A stretch of DNA of 64,000 nucleotides from Octopus sinensis (lineage: Eukaryota): NCBI RefSeq assembly GCF_006345805.1, contig NC_043012.1, positions 56,792,001 through 56,856,000 of the forward strand, given 5' to 3'. A program made the translations under genes and the position numbers. Positions 1 to 11,564 of this stretch are shown piece after piece. Numbering within the stretch: the first letter of the stretch is position 1; each line of letters starts with the position of its first letter. The notes under the pieces are model-generated. The model ran no database searches and had not been told where the DNA came from. It saw only the letters and a list, made by a program, of their open reading frames with translations.

Positions 1-1045
1 AAAAGAGTAAAGAGTATTAATGTGAACAGGTTCCAGACGACCTTGCCCATTGAGTAACGAAGCAGAGCGAGGGAGAGAGAGAGAGAGAGAGAGGGGGAGA
101 AGACTCGATCCCTGTACTTCATTGGTACTTTATCATCTCTAGTAGGGTAAAATAGCGCAGTTGAGCTCGGTTGAATTTTTGTTTTTAGCAAAAATATGAG
201 AAATATTATTCTCTATTTGAAATATGAAAATTTAGAATCTACGTGAAATGCGTAGACAGACGTGAACGAAACCATTCGTACACGCTCTCCCTGCCTCTTT
301 ATACGCGTGCGTTGTCTACTCGTAGTTCGTTGTTCAAATTTCAGCTCGCTAAGCGAATAGACTCCCAGTCCACTTACACACGTTCGTAGTCTGCTCGCGG
401 TTCGTTGATCAAATTTCAGCTCGTTATGTGAGTTTAGTTGTCTTCGGAGAAACTATTCATTAATCAGTTTGATCGGTTTGAGAACCGTTCGTATATGGGT
501 ATCCAATTGTAATTACAACTAACAGTGAAAAGCCCAGCTATATTAGTAGTTTACTTTTCACATACAAATGAACTGTTTACTATCCTTACGTGTAGTTCAG
601 TTCATTTACTCAGTAAACGTCCACAGTTCGTCTGCTAACAGTTAACTGTCTGATTGTTAAATTAGGGCCGGTTTATTTTATGCAGTTCATATTTGTTAAC
701 GACTGGCTGTTAACAGTTGACTGTTAATAGTCTAATAGAGCACCTCTACACAATATACGCAGTGCTGTTTACTCTGTCTTTATTCTTTTATTGTTATTCA
801 AGCAGTATTCTCTCTTGTGATCAGGAATATCGATTTCTTAACTTTAAAACATAGAGACAGAATGCTTGAATGGACAAGATATTGAACTATCAGCCTATTT
901 CGCCAATGATTTCAAATCATGTATGGTCTTTCCGTTATGTTTCTGGACAAGGAGAAAGACAGAGAGGAAGGAAGGATAAAGACTGATAGAGAGACGAAGA
1001 GAGAGAGAAAGGGAGAGAGAGAGAGGGGGAGACAGCAAAAGAGAG

Positions 1046-1089
<44 letters not shown>

Positions 1090-1282
1090 CAGCAAAAGAG
1101 AGAGAGGAGACAGCAAAAGAGAGTGAGACAGACAGACAGAGAAAAACAAAGAAAATGGTGAGAGTGAATGAGAGAGAGAGAGTGGATGGGAGTGCGAAAG
1201 AAACAGAAAGAGAGTGTGTGTGTGTCTACCTGTGTGTGTGTGTGTGTCTATCTGCGTGTGTGTGTGTGTGTGTCTATCTGTG

Positions 1283-1324
<42 letters not shown>

Positions 1325-1479
1325 CTATCCGTTTTTGCGTGTGTGTGTGATTGCTTCTTGAATCGAATTTCCAATTTCAAAGTATAAACATGGTTGTATG
1401 AGAAGATGAAGATAGCTGAATACGCGACAAGCAGACAGATTCGTTACTGCTAAGTTACAATAGCTAAACTGATTGTGAA

Positions 1480-2005
1480 GATGTGTTTGTGACCGAGAGA
1501 AGCCAAGATGCCGTTTTCATAGATGACATCAGAGGTTTGTGACTATGCTAAAAACCGAAACATTTGTGTCTGTGACAGAAGCCGAGATATTTGGTGACGA
1601 TGACAGAACCAAAGACATGTGTGACTGTACTACAAGCCGAGACATTTGTTACTGTGATAGAATCTAAGACGCTTGTGATTGTGATAGAAGTTGTGGTATT
1701 GTTTGTAACTGTGACCGAACTGAAGACGTTTGCAGCTGACAGAAGCTAAGACGTTTGTGACTGTGATGGAAACAGATATAATTGTGGTTGTGATAGAAGC
1801 TGTAATGTGTTTGTCACTGCGCCATAGAAGGTAAAACGTAATTATGACATAACCAAAGACGTTTATGTTTGTGATAGAAGCCGTAGCGTTTGTGACTGTA
1901 GATTATGATAGAGGCAATCATGAATAACTTTCATAGAAAATTGAGAAAGTTGCAACTGTGATTCGAACTGAAAAAGCTTAAGAGAGGGATATCTGTGACT
2001 GTCGT
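1480..2005. repeat. Degenerate ~29-30 bp minisatellite (TGTGACTGTGA-AGAAGC...GACGTT units)
   Basis: Recurrent tttgtgactgtgat/acagaagccgagac motifs spaced about 29-30 bp apart; related decayed units continue at 3390-4075. Confidence 0.75.
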
Positions 2006-2177
2006 AAAAAAAAAATCCATGAAACAGGTTTGATGCGGCGAGGGAAACCCTGCGTTCCTCTGAAGGAACCCGTTCTACAAGAACTAAAGATTAATTTTCT
2101 TTCAAAACACACCATATCGCTTTATTCAAAACAAAAGGTACGTATTAGGTAGTTGAGTCCTAGATGTACTTTTAACG

Positions 2178-2393
2178 TTTTAACTTGTTTCAGTAATTTG
2201 ACTGCGGCCATGCTGGAGCACCGCCTTTAGTCGAGCAAATCGACCCCCAGGACTTATTCTTTGTAATCCTAGTACTTATTCTATCGGTCTGTTTTGCCGA
2301 ATCGCTAAGTTACGGGGGTGTAAACACACCAGCATCAGTTGTCAAGCGATGTTGGGGGGGGGGGGACAAACACAGACACACAAACATATACAC

Positions 2394-2438
<45 letters not shown>

Positions 2439-2476
2439 TATATAATATATATATATATAATATATATATATATATG

Positions 2477-2508
<32 letters not shown>

Positions 2509-2811
2509 ATTTTTTAATAAATAAAATATATGCATACATACACACATATATGTACGTACCTACATCTAAATGTATATATACATGCATATATATATATATG
2601 AGTACAGGACACCACAAATAAACGTAGAACACAACGAGAAACGAAAACATAAAAACAAACTAGGAAACGGACTTTTTTAACAACAAAAAACAGAGTACAA
2701 GACAAACAATACATCCTTGTATAGTTTGTCTTGTACTCTGTTTTTTCGTTGTTAAAAAGTCCGTTTCCTAGTTTGTTTTTATTTCGTTACATTTATTTGT
2801 GGTGTCCTGTA

Positions 2812-2899
<88 letters not shown>

Positions 2900-3020
2900 T
2901 GTATATATACATATAGATGTAGGTACGTACATATATGTGTGTATGTATGCATATATTTTATTTATTAAATTATTATATGACTGAGCGCCCTCGCGTCGTT
3001 TCGTTTCTTTACTCCAAGTA

Positions 3021-3058
<38 letters not shown>

Positions 3059-3211
3059 TACGACGGAGTTCTTTCAGTTTCCGTCTACCAAATCCCCTCA
3101 CAGGGCTTTGGTCGGCCCGAGGCTATAGTAGAAGACACTTGCCCAAGGTGCCACGCAGTGGGAATGAACCAGGAACCATGTGGTTAGTAAGCAAGCTACT
3201 TACCACACAGC
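2178..3211 (-). mobile_element. tRNA-derived SINE family B (CORE-like head, internal microsatellite, TAAAAGAG tail) with nested insertion
   Basis: 3' half acttgtttcagt...gcggccatgctggagcaccgcc at 2178-2385; 5' half gtttccgtctaccaaatcc...cttgcccaaggtgccacgcagtggg...taccacacagc at 3060-3211; fold-back insert between them. Confidence 0.9.
2513..2969. repeat. Long imperfect inverted repeat (fold-back), 4-nt loop at 2714-2717
   Basis: gtacaagacaaacaataca-tcct-tgtatagtttgtcttgtac at the centre; the arms pair out to tttaataaataaaatatatgc / gcatatattttatttattaaa. Confidence 0.9.
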
Positions 3212-3389
3212 GCCCCCACCAAAAAAAAAAAAAAGAAAAGAAAAAGGATGGTGAGGGCTTGAACGCATTTTATCACAGTTCAAATAATTTGGGGGGATAA
3301 GCACCACCGCCACCACCACCACCACTACCAACAACAACAGCAACAACAACAGCAACAAAAACAACAACAACAACAGCAGCAGCAGCAGT

Positions 3390-4075
3390 ATTTGTGACTG
3401 TTATATGACTAAAATATGCTTATAACTATGTCACCGAATAGAGTCGTTTGCGACAATGACAAAATCTGAAAAAGTGTATGACTGTTTTCAGAAGCTAGAA
3501 ACAAGTGTGATTGTGACAAAGATAAAAATATTATCGAGTTTGAGAAAAGCTTTAAACATTAACAAACCGCGTGAAGAGAGAGAGAGAGAGAAAAAAGAAA
3601 GGTACGGCACGTTATCAACCACGTGCGCAAAAAAAAGAGCTTAAAACAACATTATTAGCAACCGTGAAATAAAAAATTTACATTATTAACCACGTGAGCC
3701 GCGCGAAACAGCTTAAAAACCATTAGCAGCAGCTTTGAGAAATAAAAAGTTTACGAAACAAAACAAAATATTCTTATTGAGACTATCGCAAAATCTAAAA
3801 CCATTTGCAATGTAAAACTATTGCAAACGTTAAAAAAACATTCGCAACCATCAATAAATAAATAAATAAATAAATAAATAAATATATAAATAAATAAAAA
3901 CACTAAAAGTCAGTCGAAAAATATTGCATCTATTACAAGTGTGTAAAAATATTTGCAAACGTTACGAGAGCTGATAAAAAAAAGAAAAACAAACAAACAA
4001 AAAAAAAGGAAGGGCGACTGTGACAAAAGCGAAAAAATAAATAGCTGCAACTGTGACAAAATTGTTCGACGCCCT
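3390..4075. repeat. Decayed minisatellite related to 1480-2005
   Basis: tttgtgactgt / tgtgacaaaa / ttgcaaccgtga motifs recur at roughly 30-bp spacing. Confidence 0.5.
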
Positions 4076-4279
4076 TAATTCTATGCTTAACCAAGCATGC
4101 TACAATGATCAACAAAGTGCATTGCTTTTTTTTTTCTTCTTTTTTTTTTTTCATCTATTGAACAAAATATGTATTTTTTCACGAGATAGAAAGAGTTATT
4201 TCTGAAGTTGTTTTCGACGTCGAGACGAAAGCTATCATTAGTTTCTGTCCGTCTAATTTTTTGAAACATGACAGATTTA

Positions 4280-4420
4280 TTAGGTTGTCCCAAAAGTTCG
4301 TAAACACTTGCGAAAATTGAATTTTTACTCGCCAACTACTAACAAAAACAACAAAAATTATTCCTCAAAATAAAGACCATTATTTTCCAAGACTTTCTAC
4401 GAAGTTTTGGGACAACCTTA
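4280..4420. mobile_element. Mariner-type MITE
   Basis: TIRs ttaggttgtcccaaaagttcgta / tacgaagttttgggacaacctta, flanked by TA (4278-79, 4421-22). Confidence 0.8.
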
Positions 4421-4531
4421 TAATAAATTTTCCCCCGTGTATTGATTAACGTTCGGAACAAAATTGCATACATACATACATACATAATACATACATACAT
4501 ACATACATACATACATACATACATACATACA

Positions 4532-4725
4532 TCGGCAGTCGCCATGAGAGATCGGTAGCCACTACACACATTTTTTTTCTGTCCTTGTATTTTTTTTCTG
4601 TCCCTTTCTGTAGAAGAGCGTAGGCTCGAAACGTAAAAGACTTTTTCTATTCCTGAGCGTTATACAAATACATCTGTTTGTTTTCTACATCACCTGTCTT
4701 CGTCTTTTGTTATTTTCGTGAACTC

Positions 4726-4727
<2 letters not shown>
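4532..4727 (+). mobile_element. Short microsatellite-embedded Penelope-like terminus (family HH-A)
   Basis: Flanked by (TACA)n on both sides; carries a hammerhead motif followed by tcctgagcg and cacctgtcttcgtcttttgt, shared with 49428-49500, 56626-56850 and 57436-57643. Confidence 0.65.
4604..4639 (+). ncRNA. Minimal type I hammerhead ribozyme motif (variant core CUGUAGA)
   Basis: CUUU-CUGUAGA-A-GAGC-GUAG-GCUC-GAAAC-GUA-AAAG: stem I CUUU/AAAG, stem II GAGC/GCUC, palindromic ACGU stem III. Confidence 0.6.
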
Positions 4728-4756
<29 letters not shown>

Positions 4757-4795
4757 CATACATACATACATACATACATACATACATACATACAT

Positions 4796-5243
4796 AGGAC
4801 ACTGTACAATGAGATCCGCCGGAAGGATAACCCCAAGGACAAAGAAATGAGAACCCACAGTATGATAGAAGTCATAGCCACTCATAATAAAAAGGAATAC
4901 TGGTGGAATGTCTCAGTGACGACCTCAATAAAATGTAAGCACAACAGACCTGATATAATGATTTGGGATAGAGAAGGAAAACTGTGTACAGTCGTGGAAA
5001 TCAGCGGCCCAGCGGATGTTAACATAAAGCTATAGATCAACGAAAAAGACAATACCTACGCTGAACTATTAAGAAATCTACAGTTACTCTACCCAGATTA
5101 CAAGTTCCGGTTTATACCTGTAATTATTGGAACACTGGGATATGAAACACACTGCCTAAATACTTATCTTGAGAAATTAAGCTTCTCAAAACCAGAAAGA
5201 GAAAGCTGATTCGAATGCTACAGATTCAATCCATCACTGGTAC
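4796..5243 (+). pseudogene. R4/Dong-like non-LTR retrotransposon fragment, restriction-like endonuclease C-terminus
   Basis: Translation ...EYWWNVSVTTSIKCKHNRPDIMIWDREGKLCTVVEISGPADVNIKL*INEKDNTYAELLRNLQLLYPDYKFRFIPVIIGTLG... has the RPD...E/P...EK..Y...PV.IG.LG pattern; one stop codon and one frameshift. Confidence 0.8.
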
Positions 5244-5376
5244 TTAATTTATCGACACCCGAAAGGATGAAAGGCAAAGTCGACCTCGGCGGAATTTGAA
5301 CTCAGAACTTAATGACAGACGACATACCGCTAAGCATTTCGTCCAGCGTGCTAACGATTCTGCCAGCTCACCGCCT
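5236..5376 (-). mobile_element. tRNA-derived SINE family A (GCCTTTCATCCTTTCGGGGTCGATAAA central domain), 5' part
   Basis: actggtacttaatttatcgac...aggatgaaaggcaaagtcgacctcggcggaatttgaactcagaac...tctgccagctcaccgcc. Confidence 0.85.
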
Positions 5377-5459
5377 TTAAAGCATGCAATATTGGCCCAA
5401 TTTCTCATATAGGACCACGTGTGAGTTTTATTTGTGGCTTATTTTTCGTGGAAATAAGA

Positions 5460-5866
5460 TACTCTTTTACTCTTTTACTTGTTTCAGTCATTTGACTGCG
5501 GCCATGCTGGAGCACCGCCTTTAATCGAGCAACTCGACCTCGGGACTTATTCTTTTGTAAGCCCAGTACTTATTCTATCGGTCTCTTTTGCCGAACCGCT
5601 AAGTAACGGGGACATAAACACACCAGCATCGGTTGTCAAGCAATGCTAGGGGGACAAACACTCACACAACCACACACTCGCATACATATATATACATATA
5701 TACGACGAGCTTCTTTCAGTTTCCGTCTACTAAATCCACTCACAAGGTTTTGTCGGCCCGAGGCCATAGTAGAAGACACTTGCCCAAGGTGCCACGCAGT
5801 GAGACTGAACCCGGAACCATGTGGCTGGTAAACAAGCTACTTACCACACAGCCACTCCTGCGCCTA
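5460..5866 (-). mobile_element. SINE family B, full length
   Basis: (actctttt)n tail through to the head cacagccactcctgcgccta. Confidence 0.92.
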
Positions 5867-6474
5867 TGATGAGTGTTATATATTTTCAAATACGATAATT
5901 TTTGTTACAGGCTCAAGGCCACCCATTTCGGTTTCAGTATAGCTTATTTTAGAATAAACACCAATGCTAAAAATACATAAAAATATAAGTATAAGCGGCA
6001 AAGAAAACTTCAGCGAAACTTGAACTCAAAACGTTAAGAAGCATAGTGTGGTACTTACTGGTTCTATTACACTATTTCCAAAAATCCTTATAGATGGGTG
6101 TGAAGCAAATATAACACGGATAAATAAATAGATAAATAAATAAAAATAACAAACTGGGGACAAATATCTGTAGTTAATTACGTAATGAATACTAATGAGC
6201 TATTATGTAGCATTTAGGAATACTAATGAGTATGATTTCCAATGTGGAAAACAAAATGACAACTACTGACGTTGTATAGAAAGCAAAATATGACGCAACA
6301 CGTGCGGTACGTGGTTGTTGTTGTAGTAGTTGTGTTTGATGTTGATGTTGTTATTGTTGTTGTTGTTACTGCTGCTCCTGTTGCTCCTGTTGCTGTTGTT
6401 GGCGGTGGCGGTGGTGGCGGAGATGGAGGCAGTGGTGGTGGAGACGGACGTGGTGGTGTTACTACTGTTGGCTA

Positions 6475-6900
6475 ACTTAAGGTAAGCTCACGTCGAGCAG
6501 ATCTACGACCATAGGCAGTTCCAGCCGTGACTATTCCATCTCTTGTCTTTGTGCCTGAGAACTCACGACCATTTTAATTCCCAAAGTATCGTTTGTACTT
6601 TCTCAAGAAAGTTGGATGTTATTTGAGGGAATTTGGTTGCTATTTCTAGCTACTCGGGTAAAAATGCCTGATAAGATGGCGGCTTTGAACACAGTTAACA
6701 TTCAAGAAGATAAAGTTGCTGATGTTTAGTCCCAGGTTTCTGGTTGAGCAGGCTCCTATGATAAGGTACTCCAGACGTGAGCATCACGTCTTTTACTCAT
6801 ACATAGCATATCAAAGATTGTATAATCTATACTATATGAATTACTACAGAATAAGCTGTTATTTCTAGCATGTCGAGCGTCCACATAGAGGTGCTTCTTA
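6475..6900 (-). mobile_element. Two decayed copies of a dispersed retroposon-like family E (ccaggtcagccctgatcgagcagacctatgatc ... tttggttgctatttctagc)
   Basis: The same motifs recur near 25475, 26195, 26290, 28315, 28625, 37755, 38170-38390, 41915, 42455 and 45075; (CAA)n-like tail on the minus strand. Confidence 0.55.
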
Positions 6901-7290
6901 TAGGATCTTGAAGATAAAATGTAGTTATGTTGACGGCAGCAGATTGACAGAATTGTTAGGACGTTCTAAGTTCAAATCTGCTGAGGTAAATTTTGTTTTC
7001 TCCCCTTTCAGGGCCAATAAAATAAGATGCTAGCCCAGGCAGTAGATTGGCAAAATTGTCAAAGTGCTGAACAAAGTGCTTTGCGATGTTGTTCCATCGC
7101 TTTGCATTCTCAGTGATCAGTCAAGTGTGACGAACGTGTCTGCATTTAGCCGGAAATATGGCCTCCAAAGTTGAATAGGTCACAGAGAACATACGGAAAG
7201 CAAAACAAAACAATTTGTTCATAATTATTTAGTTACGTCATCTTACACGCACTTCATTAACAATGAACAATATCAGTTATATATATATAT

Positions 7291-8396
7291 TTTTTACTTG
7301 TTTCAGTCATTTGACTGCAGCCATGCTGGAGCAACGCCTTTAGTCGAGCAAATCGCCCCAAGGACTTATTCTTTGGAAGCCTAGTACTTATTCTATCGGT
7401 CTCTTTTGCCGAGCCGCTAAGTTACGGGGACATAAACACACCAGCATCGGTTGTCAAGCGATGTTGGGGGACAAACAAAGACACACAAACATATACACAC
7501 ACGCGCACACACACATAAATATATATATGTCTCCATATATGCCAATAATGCCGTTACACTGCTTGTATACATAATTTTTTCTTATTTCGTTTTTTTCCCC
7601 ACCCCTCCTTCGTTCCTTTTTCTCTCTCTCCCTTTCTTTCGTCCCCCCCCCCTTACTCAGTATATGAGAATCGCTACATAGATGATTTTTAGCTTGCGTG
7701 CGAGATGGTTTGCGTGAATATATGTACACATGCATTTATGTGTATATTTAGATTTATATTCATACGTCTGTATATGTATGGCGTTTACGCGCATCCTTTT
7801 GTGTATGTTGATATATATATGTAGATTTTAATATAAATATGTATTACAGTGTAATATTTATAACAGGTTTAATTTCTATGCATTAATTTGCACTTTCTTC
7901 ATTAACGTCAATATGTATTTTATTCAATGTAAGGTTTTTCCTCGGATTTTATAATTTTTATAAGTTTTTATATATATATATACATATATTTTTGACCTTT
8001 TTGTTTATCGCTCGAAGATTGACCGTTTTTTTCTAAAGGGTCAATCAAACAAGTCCATTTCTTTTTAAAGGTGTAGCGTTTGTAAGAGTCTAGATTGAAT
8101 TGATATATCGGTTCCATTCTAGCAAAAACTGTCTGATGAACGGCAACGAGAAATTCAGAGTAACAGATTTTGTTGAATTTTCTGCTGCTTAAAATAAAGT
8201 ATAAATATATATATACATACATACATATATACGACGGGCTTCTTTCAGTTTCCGTCTACCAAATCCATTCACAAGGCTTTGGTCGGCCCGAGGCTATAGT
8301 AGAAGGCACTTGCCCAAGGTGCCACGCAGTAGAACTAAACCCGGAACTATGTGGTTGATAAGCAAGCTACTTACCACACAGCCACTCCTGCGCCTA
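7291..8396 (-). mobile_element. SINE family B with ~650 bp nested insertion in its internal microsatellite
   Basis: 3' half 7291-7490, 5' half 8230-8396. Confidence 0.9.
8129..8166 (+). ncRNA. Type I hammerhead ribozyme motif (family HH-C)
   Basis: CUGU-CUGAUGA-A-CG-GCAA-CG-A-GAAA-UUC-A-GAG-UA-ACAG; stem I CUGU/ACAG, GNRA-capped stem II with an A.A mismatch at its base, GUA cleavage triplet. Confidence 0.65.
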
Positions 8397-8852
8397 TGTA
8401 AACAGATTGCATGAAATCTTCGGAGATTGCGTAACTTTAATGTGTTACTTTCAGTTTTTTATATTGGACTGCCAAAAGTGTTACATGTAGTCGTATCTGT
8501 ATGTATTTCGTCTCAGGCCCACTAAGCTCTTTTCCTGCAGTTTGACATGAAGATTAGTCACGAATTGAACAGTTTTGTTATTACTTAACTCATTAGGACC
8601 CGTACTCCTCCACTTCCTGATGTATCGAGTCATAACAACAGAAAACCACTTATCAAATATGTAAACAACATGTTTCCAAGCACAATACAACCAGTTTCTT
8701 GTTCCGGCAATAAGAAAAATGAGATGAAAGACAATGAGCAAACTTTCGGAGTGAGGTTCTTTTTCCCGATGAAACGTTAATCTCTTTGTTTGTTTATTTG
8801 TCTGTTTGCTTATAATTTATTCCTTAAGTTGCTGATTGGATATGTGACTCTC

Positions 8853-9246
8853 TCTTTTTCTCTTTTACTTGTTTCAGTCATTTGACTGCGGCCACGCTGG
8901 AGCACCGCCTTTAGTCGAGCAACTCGACCCCGGGACTTATTCTTTGTAAGCCCAGTACTTATTCTATCGGTCTCTTTTGCCGAACCGCTAAGTTACGGTG
9001 ACGTAAACACACCAGCATCGGTTATCAAGCAATGCTAGGGGGACAAACACAGACACACACACATATATATATACATATATACGACAGGCTTCTTTCAGTT
9101 TTCGTCTCCCAAATCCACTCACAAGGCATTGGTCGGCCCGGGGCTATAGCAGAAGACACTTGCCCAAGATGCCACGCTGTGGGACTGAACCCGGAACCAT
9201 GTGGTTGGTTAGCAAGCTACTTATCACACAGCCACTCCTGCGCCTA
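8853..9246 (-). mobile_element. SINE family B, full length
   Basis: Complete tail-to-head match to the other copies. Confidence 0.92.
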
Positions 9247-9255
9247 TGATATATA

Positions 9256-9672
9256 TTTTTTTACAACCCACAAGGGGCTAAACACAGAGGGGGATAAACA
9301 AGGACAGACAAAGGGATTAAGTCGATTACATCGACCAACCCAGTGCGTAACTGGTACTTAATTTATCGACTCCGAAAGGATGAAAGGCAAAGTCGACCTC
9401 GGCGGAATTTGAACTCGGAACGTAAAGACAGATGAAATACGTATTTCTTTATTACCCACAAGGGGCTAAACACAGAGGGGGCAAACAAGGACAGACAAAT
9501 GGATTAAGTCGATTACATCGACCCCAGTGCGTAACTGGTACTTAATTTATCGACCCCGAAAGGACGAAAGGCAAAGTCGACCTCGGCGGAATTTGAACTC
9601 GGAACGTAACGACAGATGAAATACGGCTACGCATTTCACTCGGCGTGCTAACGTTTCTGCCAGCTCGCCGCC
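9256..9672 (-). mobile_element. SINE family A, dimeric form (internally duplicated body)
   Basis: acccacaaggggctaaacacagagggg...gaactcggaacgtaa occurs twice, followed by the head gtttctgccagctcgccgcc. Confidence 0.9.
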
Positions 9673-9884
9673 TTTTTTAGGTGACTGATGATATGTGCCA
9701 GTAATATATGTCAGAAAAGACAACAACAACAACAATAACAACAGCAGCAGCAGCGGCGGCAGCATCGACGACAACAACAGAGGCTGCAGATGATGAATTA
9801 CATGTTAAATATTCATAACTAAGATAAACTGCAACATTTTTCGAAATTATTTTCAGTTTTTAGACAAATGAAGACTTCTCTCGC

Positions 9885-10443
9885 CCACCACCACCACTAC
9901 CATCAACACCACCACTACCACGACCACGACAACCGTCACCACCATCGCCGCCGCCACCACCAGCACCAGCACCACCACCGTCACCACCACCACCACCACC
10001 TTCGTCGCTACCGCCACTACCGCCGCTACCACCACCACCACCACCACCACCACCACTACCATCAACACCACCACTACCACTATCACCTCCACCACGACCA
10101 CCACGACCATCACCACCGTCACCACTATCGCCGCCGCCGCCACCAGCACCAGCACCACCACCGTCACCACCACCATCACCACCGCCTTCGCCGCTACCGC
10201 CGTCAACATCATCACCACCACCATTACCACTATCACCACCACCACCACCACCACCACCCCACCACCATCACCACAACCACGACCACGACCACGACCACGA
10301 CCACCACGACCACGACCACCACCACTACCGGCGCCATCACGACCACCACGACCACCACGACCGTCACCACCATCGCCGCCGCCACCACCACCACCAGCAC
10401 CACCACCACCAGCACCACCAGCACCACCTCCGCCACCACCACC
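9885..10443. repeat. Compound (CAC/CGC/CGA)n trinucleotide array with higher-order units
   Basis: accgtcaccaccatcgccgccgccaccaccag block recurs near 9932, 10115 and 10361. Confidence 0.9.
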
Positions 10444-10707
10444 CGTCTAAAATGATATCTACATTAGAAAGTTGCGAAATAAAATTAATTTAAGAATTGT
10501 TTTGACAGAAGTTGCCATTTAAAATGTTAAGAATCTTCAGTCATTAATCACATATATTAATTATGTCTATTAATTATCTTACTACTGATTTATACATTAA
10601 TTTCGGTTTGGTTTTCCGATCATTTAACTCTACATTTTATGTATTTTTTCTTTTGTTGTTTTTTTTCCATTTGTCTAAGCTTCGTTTTAACTCGTGTAGA
10701 AGTATTA

Positions 10708-10709
10708 CG

Positions 10710-10741
<32 letters not shown>

Positions 10742-11024
10742 CACCACACACACACACACGCACACACACACACACACACACACATACACGCACGCACACG
10801 CACACACACGCACACACACACACACACGCACGCACACGTCATATATACATACGCATAAACGTTTATTCATATATACATGTATGCATATATATTCATATAC
10901 AGACGTAGATACATATACATGCATACATATGTATGTATGTCTGTGTATATATATACACATACAAATGTGTATATATAAAGACATACATATACATACGCAC
11001 GCACACAGACACGCACATATATCA

Positions 11025-11062
<38 letters not shown>

Positions 11063-11152
11063 TTGTGCTTGTGTGTCTATGTATATACAAATGCACACAC
11101 ACTTATACAATCACACACAGGCGTGTATACACACGCAAGCACACTCCCAGAA

Positions 11153-11200
<48 letters not shown>

Positions 11201-11229
11201 GTCTGTCTGTCTGTCTATCTAACTATCTA

Positions 11230-11292
<63 letters not shown>

Positions 11293-11326
11293 GTCTGTCT
11301 GTCTGTCTGTCTATCTAACTATCTAT

Positions 11327-11364
<38 letters not shown>

Positions 11365-11440
11365 AACTATCTCCCTCTCTCTCTCCCCCTCTCTCTATCT
11401 ATCTCCCTGCCTCTCTCTCTATCTATCTATCTATCTATCT
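10708..11440. repeat. Compound microsatellite block (CA, TA, TCTA, TCTG)
   Basis: Read directly from the sequence. Confidence 0.9.
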
Positions 11441-11525
11441 GCATTTATTTCTCTGGTCTCAGAACGATTCTATTGAATTAATATCACTAGTGATACGTAC
11501 ACACAGACCCCCCCCTCCAACCCCA

Positions 11526-11564
<39 letters not shown>

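Noticed and set aside
7968-8222. 84-aa minus-strand ORF as an exon
   Set aside because: Lies antisense to a hammerhead-bearing insert within a SINE; poor donor site
9853-10455. His/Thr-rich 195-aa ORF and Val-rich antisense ORFs
   Set aside because: Translations of a (CAC)n compound repeat; no other coding evidence
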